Assembly (NCBI GenBank): GCA_964016885.1
Contig: OZ024745.1
Location: forward strand, 108,252,001-108,316,000
Direction of reading: 5' to 3'
Length of the DNA: 64,000 bases
From: Eledone cirrhosa
Taxonomy: Eukaryota
The position numbers were made by a program, and so were the translations under genes. This document shows positions 57,545-64,000 of the stretch, in pieces (position 1 is the first letter of the stretch; each line of letters opens with the position of its first letter). The notes below the pieces were generated by a model. It was not told the origin of the DNA, did not search any database, and worked only from the letters and a program-made list of their open reading frames with translations.

Positions 57545-57810
57545 ATGTGAGTACATACAGGGCTCTGTAGAAATAGTCGACAGTTTCTATTACCTGGGTG
57601 AGCAAATTAGCAGTGGAGTAGAGTGTTCTGAAAGTACAGTAGCCAGAGTGATAACAGGACGGAGAAAGTTCAGAGGAACTACTAGCACTGCTAGTTACAA
57701 TAGGTTTTTCCCTCAAAATGAAGGGCAGATTGTAGGATGCATATATATGAACACCAATGGTACAAGGTAGTGAGATCTGGACACTATGTGGAAACAAACA
57801 TTGGAAAAAG
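57545..57810 (+). mobile_element. RTE internal fragment
   Basis: Nucleotide similarity to 54930-55140 (GSVEIVDSFYYLG..FSLKMKGRL). Confidence 0.75.
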
Positions 57811-58049
57811 TGTGGCTTTTGAGATTTAAGAAGAATAGAGGTGATCATGGATAGAGTAGAGATGTACATTGGTAATGAGAATAGTTATTAAGGAAGGATA
57901 GTGAAGAGGAGTATGAATGAGGAGGACAGAGTACAGCGATGGTGAGAATAGCTACCAAGGATTGATAGTAGAGAGGTGAGGGACTCTTGGGTGTGTCAGG
58001 GACTCTTGGGTTGATCAAGTGTGATTTTATACTGGTAGGCTGTACTTCA

Positions 58050-58290
58050 CCAGTACAGCATATTGCTAATCCTTGGGGCCCTTTGTGATTTTCGTTGTGA
58101 GGTTCAGTTTCTCAAGGTCACCCTTCACATCACCATCCCATATCTTCCTGAGTTTACCTCTACCACAAGACCTATCCACTAAGATTTCTCTACATTTCTT
58201 TATACAGCTGTATACTTCCATATGCATCACATATTCATACCAACACGGTCTTTTCTTTTGCACACTACATCCAATTCCTCATATGCCATA
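58050..58290 (-). mobile_element. Degenerate RTE 3' fragment
   Basis: CIKKCREI..GRGKLRKIWDGDVKGDL. Confidence 0.72.
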
Positions 58291-58393
58291 CGTAAGCTAG
58301 AGGTCGGCAGCTCAGCTTCAGTACTGATTGTCAGTGATGACCCAACAAAGGGAAAATGAATGTTACATCATGATGATATACATATATATATAT

Positions 58394-58433
<40 letters not shown>

Positions 58434-59267
58434 TCAAGATTGTTTATTAGAAATAAACAGAAAAAGATTCTGGTAATTCTCATGTAACTAACTACCAAAA
58501 CTGTCCCAAAATTAATTAAGTAATATCAACATTTTAGCTGAAGTTAATCAACTTATTATTGTCGAATAGAATGTATTTTCTATAATTGCATTTATTTCCT
58601 GACAATGAATTTATTTCACAAGACTAAACAATTCTGTATCACTAAAAGGGTTGGTTAACTGCCAAACTTAAAGTTCATAATCTAAGAATAGATTCATTAA
58701 ATTTCTGATATTTATTTTTCGATTAATTTACTTATTTTCTCTTTAGGACAGACACATGAATGCCTGTTCACTAAAGAAAGAACTGACCGAATGGTATGGA
58801 GGAGGGAGAAAGGAGGAAGAAAGGTATACTAAAACCTAGTCATAATCTTTGTAACAGAGTGAACTTAGCTAAAGACACCAATGGGTTATAGGTGGTTGTC
58901 TTTAGAGAGATTAAGTTCACCACTAATTAATGACAAAGAGAGAATGAATGGATCATATTCATTAGAGATAATAAATATAGGAATCTTTTCAAGAGATCGC
59001 TATAATAAATAGTTTAGGTTTTTCTCTCCCCTTAAATTATCCCTGTGAATCATAATAGAATAGAGTCATCTATTGTGATAGGAAGTAGGGAAAGGAGATG
59101 AACAATGGTAGCCCCATGCTAGTTGTTGGTCGGAGGTAGAACAATATTGTGTTGTGATAGGAGAGAACTAGTGCTGAATATCAACAGAGAAGTGTGACAG
59201 TGAGAGCAGTGGATAACAAACAGCTATGAGTTTCATGGGAGATAAAGTGAGTATAATAAATAATTAA

Positions 59268-59760
59268 AATTATTGTGTATGGTGCTCAGGTGCACTACAA
59301 CTCATCAAAGGTGCATGTATAGTATATAGAATAAAGTTTAAATGTCAGGAAAGTGAACAGTGTATGAATCATGATATACACACAGACATGCATGTATGTG
59401 TATGGAGGGGGAATATCAGGTGTAGTGTTGGCGAATTTCGGGAAGCATGGAAGTTCAGAAGGATGCAGTGTCCCGACAACTAACAACCAATGCAGGAAGT
59501 GTGTTCCATGCTTCAGCAACTCTGAGCATGAAAAAATGTTTCTGAAAGTCATGGGAGCTGTACTGTTTTCTGACTTTGTAGGCATGTCCACGGGTGTTAG
59601 ACACATGGAATTCAAAAAGGTGCTCAGGGTTGTTGTTGGAAAGATGGTTAATAATTTTGTGGGTGTTTACCAAGTCAGTTGCCAGACGGAGCTTTAATGT
59701 ATCCATGCCCAGGGAAGTAAGGCATTCAGGTATGGTAGATACCTTATGGAGGGTATCCAT
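59268..59760 (-). mobile_element. CR1-like LINE 3' end
   Basis: NTRGHAYKVRK..KHFFMLRVAEAWNTLPALVV; 3'UTR ctttgatgagttgtagtgcacctgagcac; shorter copies at ~3998-4180 (+), 20072-20212 (+, (ATT)n tail) and 56683-56972 (-). Confidence 0.85.
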
Positions 59761-61229
59761 TTAGTATATATTTGAAGTATATGAATGTGACAGAAAGATA
59801 GGATAGTAGCAGGGACAGTGGTAGCAACATGTTGGCTGTTGATTATCAGCAGTAATTATGTAGTCCTTATTCTAATAAACTTAGACAAGATTCAAAGTAA
59901 GTATGGTAGGCTAATGAACTATGATATCACTCAATGTAATAACAACAAGCAAATTTTTTTAGAATCTAATTCCAGCTAGTTGAACTGAAGTTGGAGAGTT
60001 GAGCACAGTGCTAAAGTAAAAAAAAAGTAATACAGTTTTAAATCATGATCTAAAGATTTGAAACATTTTCAAATTTTTTTCTTGTCACAAATTTTGTAAG
60101 GTGTACAGCAGAGATAATTTTAACTTTGAAGATATTCTCAAACTAAATTGGTCATAAATGTTTACCAGTTTCAGCTCAGCTCAGCTATTTGTTTACAAAA
60201 CTTTGAGAAAGGTCCAAGCTATATTTTAACACTTATGCTTACAATATTAAAGGCAAGGTACCTAAAATTGGTTTCAAATATTTTTGAAGCTGCGCTGTAG
60301 TGTCTATGGCCTTTTTTTAATTCTATGTCTTTGAGACTGGTAGCTAGGGATAAATACATTAAGTGCAGTTAATGTCAAATTTGTGCAATCTTGCATGTTG
60401 GTAGTAGTAGAGAAAAAAAATAGACATGTGCATGTGTGTGTGTCAGTGTTTATGAAAAAAAACAAAACAAACATTATGTTCCCACAATCTTAAAACAAGG
60501 AAATGATTTTAATGACGAGTTTGTATTGAAGTTAGGTGACGAATGCATAAAAAGAAAATGTTGAATCAGCAAACGACGTTCAGGAAGATTATTTGAATTT
60601 CATAATAAAACTGTTGAAAGCAAAAGACAATAAGAAACCACTGACAACTTCAAAAATAAGTAAAGAAAAGATCATGATATTATACAGATATATTTTTTTT
60701 ACATTAACTGAACTTTTTTTTTATATATATACACACATACATACATATATGGAGCGTTTCACTCCCATTTTATAATATCCAATAACTGAAAGCAGCATTC
60801 AGTTTTATTACTGATATCACTAGAACTGCAATAACAATTTTAACCATGTATAGACATCTTTGAATATTTTACTACCAATTTCAAGAAGATATGTGTGTTT
60901 ATGCAAATATATTATATTTTACATACAGCTTGCTGTCAACTGAAAATCACAACAATATCAGCAATTTCTGAAAGTATCATTTCCTCATGCACTACTGAGC
61001 ATAGCTGATGCTATCATGGAATGTACGGGTTCTTCCAACCCACAGTGGAGCATGCTTTTTTTCTCCAATATCCATGTAACCACCACACCAAACTGAGAAC
61101 TGTCCAACCATGCAGCAGTTATTTTGTTTTGCTACTTGCTGGGGATTTGTTCTTTGCTCTCAGTTTTCTCTCACATGCTTTTGTGACATCCATGATGGCG
61201 CATTTTCTCCTCTCTCCAGTTTTGTGAAT

Positions 61230-61560
61230 CACTGTATTGCTATCCTTTTTAAGACAAATGCCAACCACAAAGGGCATTGCAAATCTAGCTACATTCCACC
61301 TCTATTAGAAGCACTGTATATTGACATCCTAGGGCTTCACATGATTGTTTATGTTCTTCATATTTTAGGCTGATTCTTTCATGTATCCACACCTTATTAC
61401 TTTCCCAGTACACTGTTAACTCAACAAGCAGGACCACCAATGTCAAAGGTAGATAGAGTTTGACAATATCACTAGACAGCCCAATTCCTATAGAGCAAGT
61501 TGGGAATCTAAAATACACTCATAAGAATATGCTAGCACACTTTTCCATTTCCCATACAAT
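61230..61560 (-). mobile_element. Degenerate restriction-like-endonuclease domain of a non-LTR retrotransposon (HERO-like)
   Basis: SDIV..VLLVELTVYWE..HERISLKYEE..QSCEALG..IEVEC resembles PDIV..IELTVPWE..HERK..KY..C...G...VEVGCRG. Confidence 0.7.
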
Positions 61561-62267
61561 GAAGTAATAAGAGAAGATATTTTACCATATTTACAAGAGA
61601 ATTTCTTGGTAGAGCAAATGACACTAAAATGTTAAGATCACAGAATCTGTATACCTGGTCAACCCACACATTGTATATAATATTTTCATATTTATTTTTA
61701 CATTAATATGTAAAAGAAAAAAAAACCTTATTGGAAAATATTGTGTGTGCTTGTGAATTGGAAGTATCTAAAGAGGTGCAAATGAAAACTGACTAAAATT
61801 CTGAGAATGATTAGTAGTAAAAGAAAGAATATAGTAACAGCATAGAAGATCATAAAGAATTCAATGCAGAAACTATTTTTTTAAAATATTCTACATACTA
61901 GAGAAAACCCACAATATACAGAGCATTAAACCTTACAGATGCTACACAAACACACACAAATATATGTGTGTGTGTTTGTGCATATATATATATATACATA
62001 CATATATAGAACATTGTGGTTACAGATTGAGTTGAAATAATTATCTACAATGAAGGTAGAAGCAATGAAATATCAAGAATCTGAGAGAGAAATGCAGCAA
62101 TTTGAAAAGTACATAATTTGTTGATGAGAATAGATATTTCATTGTGGGGATAAGAATTAATTCAATCTTTATCTGAAACTAGACCACCTGAAGAGAACTC
62201 TGGTTGCATGTGACCTGCTTGACTACCTAGTTGTTTTCTTACACCTCCAAGATTCCACGTGTTTGTA

Positions 62268-62300
<33 letters not shown>

Positions 62301-63148
62301 GCATGCTATGTATATTATATATATAAATATATTGAATATATATGCATGTGTATGTATATTATATATACATATATACATACATATATATATATAGAGAGAG
62401 AATATATATGTGTGAATATATTTTATATACATATAAATATATCAATGTATATTTATCGATAATACTCTGAAAATATTATCAACAAAATAACTGCCAACAG
62501 AACTGCACACTCTTTTCACATTGGCCATGCATTGTTTGTATACATTTTTGGTGGGGAATAACTTGTCTTTGTTGGGACTGTTTGAAACTAATATATACAA
62601 ATTCTCTCTTTCATTCTTTCCTCTATGTGTGATTGAGTATGTATATATCTTTTCTTTTGGTTCTGATATTTTTTTAATGTGTATATATATATATATATAT
62701 ATGTATGTGTGCGTGTGTGTATGTACATATGTTTTTTATGCTTTTATATATATATATGTGTGTGTGTTTTATGCTTATATATATATATATATACATGTTT
62801 TTTATGCTTTTATATATATGTGTGTTTTTTATATGAAATTTTGAAGGATTTCTGATTCTTTTTTTATTTTATTTTATTTTATTTTTATGCCTGATTCTAT
62901 TGTATGAAGAAGTAAAACGTCTCAAAATATTATGGTGGATGAGTCACATGCAAATATATAAATGAACAATAGAGGAATATGAAATATTGAGCTAGGAGCA
63001 ATAAGAAGCAATAAGGTAGAGAAAAGAAAGAAAAAAAAAATGAATTTCACTTTAGTTTTCTTTGTAGCAGATTTTAAAAAAATATATGATTCCAAAATTT
63101 GCTTCAGACATGTTTACAGGTAAAAAAATAGGAAGTTTATATATATAT

Positions 63149-63179
<31 letters not shown>

Positions 63180-63682
63180 CACACACACACATATGTTTAC
63201 ATACACAAATATATGCATTATAGATACATACGTAGATACTTACATGTATGTATTATCCCCTCCCCCCCACACACACATGTGTGTATATATATATATATAT
63301 AGTGTGTTTGTATATATATGTATGTGTGATCCACATACACACACACACATATGTATATGTTATCCACATACACACACACCCATACATATATATATATATT
63401 ACACATTAAATACTTCTGAAACAAAAATATAAACTTAGATGTAATGCATTAAGTAAATCTTGATGAGATCTGAATAGTGACATGGTGAAATACTCAAGCT
63501 ATTATTAATTTTGTTTATCACTCAACATAAAAATATCTATAAACCATAAGTTTTTCTGTATCCTTAGCAATAATTGCATCTAAATACACACCAATCATGT
63601 GACTAGGAAATATTTAAGAATTAATATTTCGGGTAAAGTTTCCTAATTTCAATTTAGCTTGTAGATATTCTTAATCAATTAA

Positions 63683-63872
63683 TTGTTTCTAATTTTTGGC
63701 ACAAGGCCAGCAATTACCCCAGTGCATTACTGATGCTTTATTTTATCGACCCCGTAAGGATGAAAGGCAAAGTTAACCTCAGCAAGATTTGAACCCAGAA
63801 CGTAACGGGCCATAACTCTATGCTGCAAAGCATGGTGTCTGACGTTCTACTGATACTGCTAATCTATCACCC
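63683..63872 (-). mobile_element. SINE family B copy
   Basis: Similar to 27771-27954. Confidence 0.85.
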
Positions 63873-64000
63873 ATCAATTATTGCAATCTAATTTGCATAG
63901 ATTTTGATAAACGAGGGTTCCAGTTTCCATTTAATTAAACCTCTTGTTTACTGAATAATACAGTAACTGGTGAAACATTCTCTAGATATGTGTACCCTAA

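Overview
AT-rich, microsatellite-saturated animal genomic DNA; the repeat repertoire ((TA)n/(ATG)n/(AG)n mosaics, tRNA-SINEs with RTE tails, RTE LINEs) looks like an octopus/cephalopod genome (inference). Almost all ORFs in the track are spurious. The window lies inside a large minus-strand gene, centlein (CNTLN): three in-phase spliced coding exons (46964-46736, 28714-28590, 14510-14379), two absent from the ORF track. The introns carry a 5'-truncated RTE LINE with a long RT ORF, RTE/CR1/HERO fragments, several SINE families, mariner, DD37D (maT), Chapaev3-like, hAT, piggyBac-like and Helitron-like elements, a 3.9-kb 45-bp satellite and a (GGT)n-based minisatellite. Most notable: at least six different minimal type-I hammerhead ribozyme motifs with palindromic stem III in short modules next to (TA)n tracts, four of them inside inverted repeats (two are apparently perfect 300-390 bp palindromes), pointing to a Penelope-like, microsatellite-targeting ribozyme element system.
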